Assembly: GCA_038228485.1 (NCBI GenBank)
Contig: JBBRPG010000001.1
Coordinates: 588 to 64,587, forward strand
Source: Alphaproteobacteria bacterium
GTDB lineage: Bacteria > Pseudomonadota > Alphaproteobacteria > ATCC43930 > CGMCC-115725
Direction of reading: 5' to 3'
Length of the DNA stretch: 64,000 nucleotides
In this document: piece after piece, positions 9,283 through 17,613 of the stretch
Layout: every line of letters begins with the position of its first letter
Position numbering within the stretch: position 1 is the first letter of the stretch
Notes under the pieces: generated by a model
What the model saw: the letters and a program-made list of their open reading frames with translations, nothing else
Told to the model about the DNA's origin: nothing
Database searches by the model: none
Position numbers and translations under genes: made by a program

Positions 9283-10350
9283 ATGTTCCACCGCGAATCC
9301 GGCGTCTTCAAGACCAGCTACGCCGCCGATATGGCGCTTTATCCGCTGCCGATCGCGCGGTGGGCGGTGGCGGCGCTGGCGGCGTTGTTTATCGTCGCCG
9401 CGCCGCTTGCCTTGGGCAACTATCCGCTTTCGATCCTCAACCTGATCCTGATCGCGGTCGTCGGCGCGCTCGGGCTCAACATCCTGGTCGGCTATACCGG
9501 CCAGATCTCGATTGGCACCGGCGCCTTCATGTCGGTCGGCGCCTATACCGCCGCCAAGCTGGTGGTCATTTTCCACGCGCCGTTCTGGATCGCACTGCCT
9601 GCCGGCGGGCTGATGGCGGCCGCGGTCGGCGCCATCGTCGGCATCCCGTCGCTGCGCATCAAGGGCATTTACCTCGCCATCTCCACCCTGGCGGCGCAGC
9701 TGATCATCGAGTGGACGATCAACCACGTCGAATGGATTTCGGGCGGGGTGCAGGCCTCGATCAATGTGCCGCGGCCCTCCGTCTTCGGCACCCAGCTCAC
9801 CAGCGAGTGGCAAATTTATCTGTTCCTGATGTTCTTTGTCGTGCTGGCGCTGGTCGCAACCTTGAACCTGGTGCGCAGCCGCATCGGCCGCGCCTTTATC
9901 GCCATCCGCGACCAGGACATCGCCGCCGAGATCATCGGCATCAACATCTTCAAGTACAAGCTCTACGCCTTTGCCATTTCGTCGTTCTTCGCCGGGATCA
10001 CCGGCGCGCTGGAAAGCTATTACCTCGGCATCGCCAATTACGAGCAGTTCCAGATCGACGTCTCGATCGACTACCTGGCGATGGTGATCATCGGCGGGCT
10101 CGGGTCGGTGCTGGGGTCGGTGTTGGGTGCGATTTTCGTCACCCTGCTGCCGATCGCCACGCGCTGGTTTCTCGAAGCCTCGGGGGGACTGTTCTTTGCC
10201 CAGGCCGACATGCTCAACGTCATCCCCAATCTGCGGCTGGTCATCTTCGGCGGGCTGATCATCTTTTTTCTGGTGGTCGAGCCGGAAGGGCTCAACCGGC
10301 TGTGGCGCAACATCCGCAATTACTTCCGCGTCTGGCCATTTTCCTATTAA
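9283..10350 (+). CDS. ABC transporter permease, LivM-like
   Basis: 355-aa hydrophobic protein with LGLNILVGYTGQISIGTGAFMSVGAY, typical of the LivM family. Follows the LivH-like gene. Confidence 0.85.
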   Translation: MFHRESGVFKTSYAADMALYPLPIARWAVAALAALFIVAAPLALGNYPLSILNLILIAVVGALGLNILVGYTGQISIGTGAFMSVGAYTAAKLVVIFHAPFWIALPAGGLMAAAVGAIVGIPSLRIKGIYLAISTLAAQLIIEWTINHVEWISGGVQASINVPRPSVFGTQLTSEWQIYLFLMFFVVLALVATLNLVRSRIGRAFIAIRDQDIAAEIIGINIFKYKLYAFAISSFFAGITGALESYYLGIANYEQFQIDVSIDYLAMVIIGGLGSVLGSVLGAIFVTLLPIATRWFLEASGGLFFAQADMLNVIPNLRLVIFGGLIIFFLVVEPEGLNRLWRNIRNYFRVWPFSY

Positions 10351-10378
10351 CTGGGGCGAGTTGAAGGGAGGAACGACA

Positions 10379-11611
10379 ATGAAAACACTAGCAAAAAGCG
10401 TGCTCGCGCTGGCGCTCGGCGTGGCATTCGCCGGCGCCGCCGCGGCCGAGGACAAGGTGTTGCTGATCGGCGACCAGTGCGACCGCACCGGCCCGACCCA
10501 GATCGTCGGCACGGTGCTGTGCCCGGCGATGCAGGACTATTACAAGCTGGTCAATTCCAAGGGCGGCATCGACGGCTGGATGATCAAGGGCGACGAGATC
10601 GACAACGCCTACAAGGTGCCGGAAGGCATCGAAGCCTATGAGCGGCAAAAGCAGATGGGCGCGCTGATGATGACCTTTTACGGCACGCCGCAAGTCGTCG
10701 CGCTCAACCAGCGGCTCGAGCAGGACCACATGCCGACGACCTCGCCGGGCTTCGGCATTTCGGCGGCGGGTGACGGCAAGCGCTTCCCGTATCTGTTTCC
10801 GATCGCCGCAACCTACTGGTCGCAAAGCGCCGCGGCGGTCCAGTTCGCGAAGGACAAGCTGGAGGGCAACCTCAAGGGCAAAAAGATCGCCTACGTCTAT
10901 TACGACAATCCGGCCGGCAAGGAGCCGATGCCGATCCTCGAAGCGCTGCAGAAGCAGGAAGGCTTTGAGCTGCGCACCTTCGCGGTGCCGCCTCCGGGGG
11001 TCGAACTCGGCGCGCAGATTCTCGATGTCACCCAGCGCTTCCACCCGGATTTCGTGATTGCGCACCTGTTCGGCCGCTCGCCGTCGGTGTTGATCAAGGG
11101 GCTGAAGGGCGCCGGCTTCCCGTTGTCGAAGGTGGTCGGGCTGGTCTGGGCCTCGGCCGAGGCCGACATCCTGGCCGCGGGCGGCTGGCCGACGGCGGAA
11201 GGGTACAACACCATCCAGTTCGCCGGCGCGGGCGACGACTACCCGGTTCGCCAGGAAATCAAGGCCATGTACAAGAAAGAGGGCAAGGAGCCGCCGAAGG
11301 AGATGGAGAACACCGTGGTCTACAATCGCGGGCTCCTGCAGGCGGCGATCCAGGTCCAAGCCCTGACCAATGCCTTGAAGATCAGCAGCGGCAAGCTGCC
11401 CACCCGTGAGCAGGTCAAGGAAGGCATGGAGCAGATCAAGGACTTCACCCTCGGCGGGCTGGTGCCGCCGCTGCAGGTGACCGCGGCCGACCATGAGGGC
11501 GGCGGCTGGGTGCGGATATTCACGGCCAAGGGCGGCAAGTTCGTCGCCGCTACCGACTGGATCCACCCGTATCGCGAGGTCGTCGAGAACGCGCTCAAGA
11601 CCGCCGAGTAA
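10379..11611 (+). CDS. Periplasmic substrate-binding protein, type I (Leu/Ile/Val-binding-protein fold)
   Basis: ATG at 10379 behind GGAGG. Signal peptide MKTLAKSVLALALGVAFAGAAAA. Sits between the permease and ATPase genes of the same operon. Confidence 0.8.
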   Translation: MKTLAKSVLALALGVAFAGAAAAEDKVLLIGDQCDRTGPTQIVGTVLCPAMQDYYKLVNSKGGIDGWMIKGDEIDNAYKVPEGIEAYERQKQMGALMMTFYGTPQVVALNQRLEQDHMPTTSPGFGISAAGDGKRFPYLFPIAATYWSQSAAAVQFAKDKLEGNLKGKKIAYVYYDNPAGKEPMPILEALQKQEGFELRTFAVPPPGVELGAQILDVTQRFHPDFVIAHLFGRSPSVLIKGLKGAGFPLSKVVGLVWASAEADILAAGGWPTAEGYNTIQFAGAGDDYPVRQEIKAMYKKEGKEPPKEMENTVVYNRGLLQAAIQVQALTNALKISSGKLPTREQVKEGMEQIKDFTLGGLVPPLQVTAADHEGGGWVRIFTAKGGKFVAATDWIHPYREVVENALKTAE

Positions 11612-11652
11612 GGCGGCCGCGCAGCGCCGGAAAAACCCGTCGGGACAGCTCG

Positions 11653-12447
11653 ATGCTGGCGATCAACAACATCGAAGTCGTCTATGACGGCGTCATCCTG
11701 GTGTTGCGCGGCGTCTCGTTGCTCGCCGAGGAGGGCAGGATCACCACCCTCCTCGGCGCCAACGGCGCGGGCAAGACCACCACCTTGAAGGCGATCTCCG
11801 GCCTCCTGCACAGCGAGCGGGGGCAGGTGACCAAGGGCAATGTCGAGCTCGACGGCAACCGGCTCGACCGCCTGCAGCCGCACGAGGTGGTCAAGCACGG
11901 CGTCGTTCAGGTATTCGAGGGACGCCGCGTCTTCGAGAACCTGACGGTCGAGGAGAACCTTATCGTCGGCGCCCACAGCCGCACCGATTTCACCGCGGTA
12001 AAGCGCGGCATCGACCGGGTCTACCAGTCCTTCGCCGTGCTCAAGGAGCGGCGCGGCCAGCCGGCCGGCTATCTCTCGGGCGGCGAGCAGCAGATGCTGG
12101 TGATCGGCCGGGCGCTGATGTCCGACCCCAAGGTGGTGTTGCTCGACGAGCCGTCGCTCGGCCTCGCGCCGATGATCATCGAGGAGATTTTTGGGGTGAT
12201 CCGGCGCCTCAAGGACGAGCAGAAGCTGACGGTCCTGCTGGTCGAGCAGAACGCGGCGCTAGCCCTCGAGGTCGCCGACCACGCCTATGTCATGGAAAAC
12301 GGCCGCATCGTGCTCGAAGGCCCGGCCGAGTCGCTGCGTCAGAACTCGGACATCAAGGAATTCTACCTCGGCCTCAACGAGACCGGCGCGCGCAAATCCT
12401 ACCACGACGCCAAGCACTACAAGCGCCGCAAGCGCTGGCTGGCGTAG
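11653..12447 (+). CDS. ABC transporter ATP-binding protein, LivF-like
   Basis: Walker A GANGAGKTT, signature LSGGEQQMLVIGRAL, Walker B VVLLDEP. Confidence 0.85.
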   Translation: MLAINNIEVVYDGVILVLRGVSLLAEEGRITTLLGANGAGKTTTLKAISGLLHSERGQVTKGNVELDGNRLDRLQPHEVVKHGVVQVFEGRRVFENLTVEENLIVGAHSRTDFTAVKRGIDRVYQSFAVLKERRGQPAGYLSGGEQQMLVIGRALMSDPKVVLLDEPSLGLAPMIIEEIFGVIRRLKDEQKLTVLLVEQNAALALEVADHAYVMENGRIVLEGPAESLRQNSDIKEFYLGLNETGARKSYHDAKHYKRRKRWLA

Positions 12448-12458
12448 CCGCACCGGCT

Positions 12459-12586
12459 GTCATTCCCGCGAAAGCGGGAACCCACGAACACCACCGATTG
12501 ACCGGACTGGCACCAATCCTGCCATGCCTTTAGGATTCCGCGTTTATAGGTTCCGGGTCTGCCCTTTCGGGCATCCCGGAATGACA
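12459..12586. repeat. Intergenic palindromic REP-like element (GTCATTCC...GGAATGAC family variant)
   Basis: Starts gtcattcccgcgaaagcgggaacccac and ends gggcatcccggaatgac. Contains internal hairpins cccgcgaaagcggg and gccctttcgggc. Confidence 0.75.
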
Positions 12587-12599
12587 GAGGAGGACGTAA

Positions 12600-13601
12600 A
12601 TGCCCGACCTTCCCCGCATCGCGGTCATCGGCACCGGCGGCACGATCTCCTCGCTCGGCGCGGGCCCGCTCGACGTCCTCGACTACCCCGATTTCGGGCA
12701 GAAGCTGACCAGCGAGGCGCTGCTCGACAAGTTTCCCGAGACCCGGCTGGTGGCCGATCCGGTGCCGGTCACCTATCGCCAGGTCGGCAGCACCGCGATC
12801 GGCCCTGACGACTGGGTCGAGCTACGCCGGATGATCCACCGAATCACCAGCGACGACCCGAAAATCGCCGGCTTTGTCATCCCGCACGGCACCGCGACCC
12901 TCGAGGAGACCGCGTTCTTTCTCAACCTCACCCTCGCCACGCCGCACCCAGTGGTGCTGGTCGGGGCGCAGCGGCCGGCAAGCGCGCTCGGCACCGATGC
13001 CGGCACCAATCTGGTCAACGCGCTGCAGGTCGCCGGGTCGGCGGAGGCGCGCGACAAGGGGGTGCTGGTCGTCCTCAACAATGAGATTCACCCCGCCCGC
13101 GACGTGGTCAAGACCTCGACCTACCGGGTGCAGACCTTCCGCAGCTTCGATTTCGGCGCGCTCGGCCATGTCGACGGCGATGGCGTCCATTTCTACCGCG
13201 CGCCGTTGAAGGCGCACATGCCCGACACCGCCTTCGCCAATCGCGAGATCGGTGCACTGCCGCGGGTCGACATCGTGCTCAGCTATGCCGGCGCCGACAG
13301 CGCGCTGATCGACGCTGCGATCGGCGCCGGGGCCAAGGGCATCGTCTCGGCCGGGTTTGCGCCGGGCATCGGCAATCCCGAGCAGCAGGTTGCGTACGCC
13401 GCGGCGGCGAAGGCCGGGATCGTCGTCGTCCAGTGCAGCCGCGCGGCCAGCGGCCGGGTCGCGCCACGACGCAAATTGCGCGAGGCCGGCATCGTCGCCG
13501 GCGAGGATTTCTCGCCGCAAAAAGCCCGCATCCTGTTGATGCTGATGCTAGCCACGACCAGCGCCGTCGCCGAAATCCAGACGGCGTTCCAGACGTATTG
13601 A
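12600..13601 (+). CDS. L-asparaginase/glutaminase family protein
   Basis: Active-site motifs IAVIGTGGTISS and HGTATLEETAFFL. RBS AGGAGG lies upstream of the ATG. Confidence 0.85.
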   Translation: MPDLPRIAVIGTGGTISSLGAGPLDVLDYPDFGQKLTSEALLDKFPETRLVADPVPVTYRQVGSTAIGPDDWVELRRMIHRITSDDPKIAGFVIPHGTATLEETAFFLNLTLATPHPVVLVGAQRPASALGTDAGTNLVNALQVAGSAEARDKGVLVVLNNEIHPARDVVKTSTYRVQTFRSFDFGALGHVDGDGVHFYRAPLKAHMPDTAFANREIGALPRVDIVLSYAGADSALIDAAIGAGAKGIVSAGFAPGIGNPEQQVAYAAAAKAGIVVVQCSRAASGRVAPRRKLREAGIVAGEDFSPQKARILLMLMLATTSAVAEIQTAFQTY

Positions 13602-13608
13602 CGCCCTC

Positions 13609-13700
13609 GTCATTGCGAGGAGCCTGCAGGGCGACGCGGCAATCTCGATCAGCGAGGATTCCTACGGCGCGAGACTGCTTCGCTCCGCCCGCAATGACGA
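13609..13700. repeat. Intergenic palindromic REP-like element (GTCATTGCGAG...CGCAATGAC family)
   Basis: gtcattgcgaggagc ... ccgcccgcaatgacga. Same terminal arms as the elements at 37165-37274 and 50115-50205. Confidence 0.75.
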
Positions 13701-14621
13701 CTAGGACACTGCCGGTGGGTCCTCGGCGACGGCTCGGTCGGCCAGCGAGTTGTCGACCGCGACGGCGTAGTCGACGCCTTGGCAAAACCCGCCGGAAACC
13801 AGCCCGTCTTTCAGCCGCTCGTAGCCGTCGCGCGGCAAAATCGGTGTCTTGCCCCAGATGCCGAGCGCCTTGTATCGCGCCAGCGCCGCCGCCAGTAGCG
13901 GCCGTTTCACCGCCGGGAAATAGCTCTGCACCACATCCGCCAGCGCCTCGGCCGGCTGCGCATGCAGCCATTTCTGCGTGCGGTAGAGCCCCCGCACCAA
14001 CAGCCGCATCTCGTCGCGCTTGGCTTCGAGCACCCCGCGCCGCGCGTAGAAGGTCGTGTACGAGCACGGCCCGCGGCTCGCCGCCGCGTACCACAGATGA
14101 CCCGACCCGTCGGCGAGCAATTCCTCCGCCAGCGGCTGGAACAGCTGGACGACATCGACCGTGCCCGCGCCCAGCGCCGCCATGTTGTCGGCCATGCCGC
14201 GGTCGGCGACGCGGTCGAGGCTCGCCGGGTCGATCCCGGCCAGCCGCAGATCGTGCTGCAGGCACAACCACGGGGTCGGCACCTCGCTGACCGTGGCGAT
14301 CCGCGCGCTCGCCACATCGGTCAGCGCAAAGTCCGGTCGCGGCTCGCGGCCCACCAGCAGGAACGGGTCGCGCGTCACTGCCTCGCCAAAGCACACGACA
14401 TCGCAATCAGTGCGCTCCGCATAGAGCTGGTTGACCCGCATCGGCCCGCCCCAGGCGACATCGGTGCTGCCGTCATAGAGGCCGGTCGGCGCGTTGCCGA
14501 ACCCCGGCGCGCCGGCAAAGCGCACCTCCACCCCTTCCTTTTCGTACGCGCCCAGCGCAAACGCCGCGTAATAGGGCGCGTAGAACAGCCCACGCAGCGA
14601 TTCCTGCAGAATAATTGTCAT
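13701..14621 (-). CDS. NMT1/THI5-like (NitT/TauT-type) substrate-binding-fold protein, no obvious signal peptide
   Basis: Track ORF. The N-terminus SLRGLFYAPYYAAFALGAYEKEGVEV resembles the SsuA/NMT1 family. Confidence 0.6.
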   Translation of the reverse strand: MTIILQESLRGLFYAPYYAAFALGAYEKEGVEVRFAGAPGFGNAPTGLYDGSTDVAWGGPMRVNQLYAERTDCDVVCFGEAVTRDPFLLVGREPRPDFALTDVASARIATVSEVPTPWLCLQHDLRLAGIDPASLDRVADRGMADNMAALGAGTVDVVQLFQPLAEELLADGSGHLWYAAASRGPCSYTTFYARRGVLEAKRDEMRLLVRGLYRTQKWLHAQPAEALADVVQSYFPAVKRPLLAAALARYKALGIWGKTPILPRDGYERLKDGLVSGGFCQGVDYAVAVDNSLADRAVAEDPPAVS

Positions 14622-14653
14622 GCTCTTTCAACACCTCAGGATATACAGATAAA

Positions 14654-15541
14654 TTAGATCTCGTCGAGATGCCGACCTATAAATTCTGCAGACTCTCTCC
14701 AAGCAGGTTTTATTTCACTACTATCTGGGTCTTTATACCAAGATGGTCCCCATATATGGTGCATATTCCATTCCCAGGACACCTCTTTTCCTTTTTGGAA
14801 ATATGATTTAGTGGTTGGAAAAATTCGATATGATTTTCTTGCATCGTCTAGTGATTTGGTTTCTATAATAACGCCTTTGGCGTCAAGAACCGGAGCGATG
14901 CACTTTTCATCAGAGAAAAAAATAACACCTGGATGATAAATAGTACTGATTTCACGTGGAAGTTCATTAAGTGTTTTAAGTATTATTATTCCCGAATCGA
15001 TCGCGCGCACTATGTCATCATCGTTCGCAGCGCCTCCATGGATTATTTTGTTTCGAATTTCTCTGAATAAATTAAAAGACCCAGCCATATGTGTCGGGAA
15101 GCCATACGGCACTAATTCGGTAAGCGCCTGACTGACTTGTAGATTTCGACGGTCTCGAAGCAGTCCGCGGGCAGCTAAAGAACGTCGGGCTTGTTTATCA
15201 ATTTCGGCTGATAGCATTATCAAAGATACTCTTGGAGCTACCGCGGCTTGTTTGAGTATGTTATCAATAATATTATTACCGCTATATTCTAAAGATTCTG
15301 CTATGTTATCAGATATCTCTAATGGAGGTAACAATACGGTTTCTTTTTCGGCGACAGCTATGGAGGTTTCCAGTTTTTGCAAATTTTCGTCCAATTCAAA
15401 CTCTTGTCCAAAGATTTTTCCTTTTTTCAACCGCCCAAAGGCTTGGCGAATATCCTGCCTAAACATCCATAGAGCGACAAACCCTAAAATAGGCCAGAGT
15501 AATGCAGCGAAAGCCTTAAGCAGCGCCGAGACCTCCGCCAT
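14654..15541 (-). CDS. Hypothetical membrane-anchored protein with an HEPN-like R-N-x3-H motif, encoded by an AT-rich cassette
   Basis: Single clean 295-aa ORF filling an AT-rich segment. N-terminal hydrophobic helix SALLKAFAALLWPILGFVALWMF, helical module with FREIRNKIIHGG, and a Trp-rich C-terminal region. RBS GAGGAAAG overlaps the upstream stop codon. Confidence 0.8.
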   Translation of the reverse strand: MAEVSALLKAFAALLWPILGFVALWMFRQDIRQAFGRLKKGKIFGQEFELDENLQKLETSIAVAEKETVLLPPLEISDNIAESLEYSGNNIIDNILKQAAVAPRVSLIMLSAEIDKQARRSLAARGLLRDRRNLQVSQALTELVPYGFPTHMAGSFNLFREIRNKIIHGGAANDDDIVRAIDSGIIILKTLNELPREISTIYHPGVIFFSDEKCIAPVLDAKGVIIETKSLDDARKSYRIFPTTKSYFQKGKEVSWEWNMHHIWGPSWYKDPDSSEIKPAWRESAEFIGRHLDEI

Positions 15542-15547
15542 CTTTCC

Positions 15548-16771
15548 TCACCCCGCCTTGAGAATATCCGCCGCGGCGTCGGCGAATACCTGGGCGCCGA
15601 GCACGATATCTTCTTCGCGCGTGTCTTCTGACCAATGGTGGCTGATGCCCTTGAGGCTGGGGATGAACATCATCCCAGCGCGCAGCTTGTGCGAGATCAC
15701 CTGCGCGTCGTGGCCGGCGCCGCTCGGCATGCGCAGATGGCCGCCGGGCACATGGGCCTCGGCCGCCGCCTCGATCAGCGCCTGGAACTGGCCGTCCATC
15801 GCCCTGGGCTCGGTCTGCGACATGTTCTCGATGGTGCAGCGGCACGGGCCGGCGCGGTCGCTGGCGCCGCACAGCTCCTGCAGCGCCGCGGCAAAGCACG
15901 CGAGGATCGCCTCGTCGGTGTCGCGGAACTGCACCTGCATCTCGGCGCGGCCGGGAACGACGCTCGGCGCGTTGGGGTCGAGCAGCATGCGCCCGATCGT
16001 CCACACCGTGCGCGCGCCGGCGATCTCGGCAAAGCGGTCATGGATCGCCGTCGCTAGCCGCACCAGCGCCACCCCGGCGTCCTTGCGGCGCGGCATCTGG
16101 GTGGTGCCGGCGTGGTTCTGCTGGCCCTCCAGCACGACCCGGTAGTTCCAGATGCCAACGATGCCTTCGACCACGCCGATCCGCCGGCCGCTGCTGTCGA
16201 GCGTGTCGCCCTGCTCGATATGCGCTTCGAGATAGCCGAGGTGCCGTCCCGGCTCGGCCGCGATGCGCGGGCGTCCGGCAAACCCGGCCTTGGCCAGCGC
16301 ATCGCGCAGCGCGACCCCGTCGCGGCTTTGCGAACGATCGATCTCCGCCTCGTCGAGCGCGCCGGTGAAACTGCGGCTGCCGAGCATGTTGCCGTAATGG
16401 CCTTCCTCGTCGGCCCAGGCCACCACATCGATGCCGAGCCCGGCCAGCGCCGGGTCGCCGCGGAACGCGCGCGCCGCCTCCAGCGCGTAGATCACCCCCA
16501 GCGCGCCGTCGAGCCAGCCGCCTTTCGGCTGGGTCTCGCTGTGCGAGCCGACCAGCAGCCGGCGGCTGGCATCCGGCGCGCGCCCGAAGACGTTGCCGAT
16601 CCCGTCGATCACCGGCTCCAGCCCCGCCTCGGCGAATTTCTCGGCGAGCCAGTGGCGCGAGGCGACATCGACCGCGGAATAGGTCGGGCGGTCGACCCCG
16701 GTCTCATAGCGGCCGAACTCGGCCAGGCGCTTGAGGTCGGCGACGATGCGGGCACCATCGGTTTTCGGCAT
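15548..16771 (-). CDS. N-carbamoyl-L-amino-acid amidohydrolase / allantoate amidohydrolase family (M20 peptidase fold, HyuC/AmaB-like)
   Basis: 407 aa. GVDRPTYS..., VGSHSETQPKGGWLDGALGV and GAGHDAQ are typical of the Zn-dependent carbamoylase family. Confidence 0.8.
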   Translation of the reverse strand: MPKTDGARIVADLKRLAEFGRYETGVDRPTYSAVDVASRHWLAEKFAEAGLEPVIDGIGNVFGRAPDASRRLLVGSHSETQPKGGWLDGALGVIYALEAARAFRGDPALAGLGIDVVAWADEEGHYGNMLGSRSFTGALDEAEIDRSQSRDGVALRDALAKAGFAGRPRIAAEPGRHLGYLEAHIEQGDTLDSSGRRIGVVEGIVGIWNYRVVLEGQQNHAGTTQMPRRKDAGVALVRLATAIHDRFAEIAGARTVWTIGRMLLDPNAPSVVPGRAEMQVQFRDTDEAILACFAAALQELCGASDRAGPCRCTIENMSQTEPRAMDGQFQALIEAAAEAHVPGGHLRMPSGAGHDAQVISHKLRAGMMFIPSLKGISHHWSEDTREEDIVLGAQVFADAAADILKAG

Positions 16772-16905
16772 GGCCTAATTCCAGTGAGGGACAAACCTGT
16801 CAGCGAATTAATCCGGCGGCCGGGGAAGCCGCCGCCGCCTGAAACGTACTCTATGCGGTAACCCCGGCTTGCGAAAACGGGCCGGGCCGAAATGGAGGAT
16901 CGACG

Positions 16906-17412
16906 ATGAACAAATCGATGTTGGCGGGCGCCGCGCTGATCGCGGCCGCTGCGGTGGCGGTGCCGGTCATGGCCTGGTCGGACGACAACCCCAACCCGGC
17001 GCCGCAAGCCGAGCAGGGCCAAGACTGGCACGGTCATGGCGGCATGGGGCGGCATGAGGGGATGCGGCCGGACATGCGCGGCGAGATGCACGGCGAGGGC
17101 CGTTGGGATGCGAACCGCTCGCCGCAGCAGAAATGCGAGGAGCACCTCGCCCGGCGCGCCGGGTTCGTCGCCTATATCGGCGCGCGGCTCAACCTGACCG
17201 CCGAGCAAAAGCCCCTGTGGGACAAGGTGCAGGCCGCGACCCAGGCGGCGCAGGACAAGCAGCGCCAGGTCTGCGGCGCCTTGAAGCCTGCCGCCGAGCG
17301 CGGGCAAGAGACCGTGCTCGACCGCATGGGCCGGCGCGAGCAGATGTTGTCGGCCAAGCTGCAGGGTTTGCAACAGGTGGAACCGGCGCTGCAGTCGCTC
17401 TACCAGTCGTGA
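16906..17412 (+). CDS. Periplasmic Spy/CpxP-family (LTxxQ) protein, 3' end apparently frameshifted
   Basis: Signal peptide MNKSMLAGAALIAAAAVAVPVMA and LTxxQ motif LNLTAEQKPLW. A second motif, (L)TPEQKAIVDHPF, continues in the +1 frame to 17459. Confidence 0.7.
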   Translation: MNKSMLAGAALIAAAAVAVPVMAWSDDNPNPAPQAEQGQDWHGHGGMGRHEGMRPDMRGEMHGEGRWDANRSPQQKCEEHLARRAGFVAYIGARLNLTAEQKPLWDKVQAATQAAQDKQRQVCGALKPAAERGQETVLDRMGRREQMLSAKLQGLQQVEPALQSLYQS

Positions 17413-17470
17413 CCCCGGAGCAGAAGGCCATCGTCGACCACCCCTTCCGGCGCGGATGAGGAAACAGCCC

Positions 17471-17548
17471 GTAGGATGGGGGAGCGAAGCGAAACCCATC
17501 GCATCGCGATTTCTTCGGTGGGTTTCGTTGCACTCAACCCATCCTACA
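17471..17548. repeat. Intergenic palindromic REP-like element (GTAGGATGGG...CCCATCCTAC family)
   Basis: gtaggatgggggagcgaagcgaaaccc ... gggtttcgttgcactcaacccatcctac, with nested inverted repeats. Confidence 0.75.
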
Positions 17549-17613
17549 GTCCCTCGCAATGCCGGTGGAGAGGGGTAGGATAGGGCGCAAATCCACAACC
17601 CGGCGCCCTCTCC

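Noticed and set aside
8401-10512. 703-aa minus-strand ORF
   Set aside because: It runs antisense to the LivH/LivM-like permease genes, has an Arg/Asp/His-rich nonsense composition and shows no recognisable motif.
12287-12808. ORFs that read through REP elements (also 46644..46859, 51926..53365, 45785..46675 N-terminal part, 50749..52044 first 11 codons)
   Set aside because: The segments like ..PGMT.., ..IARSEATKQS.. and ..MGSGFAA.. are translations of palindromic repeats and recur in several unrelated ORFs. They are not evidence of coding.
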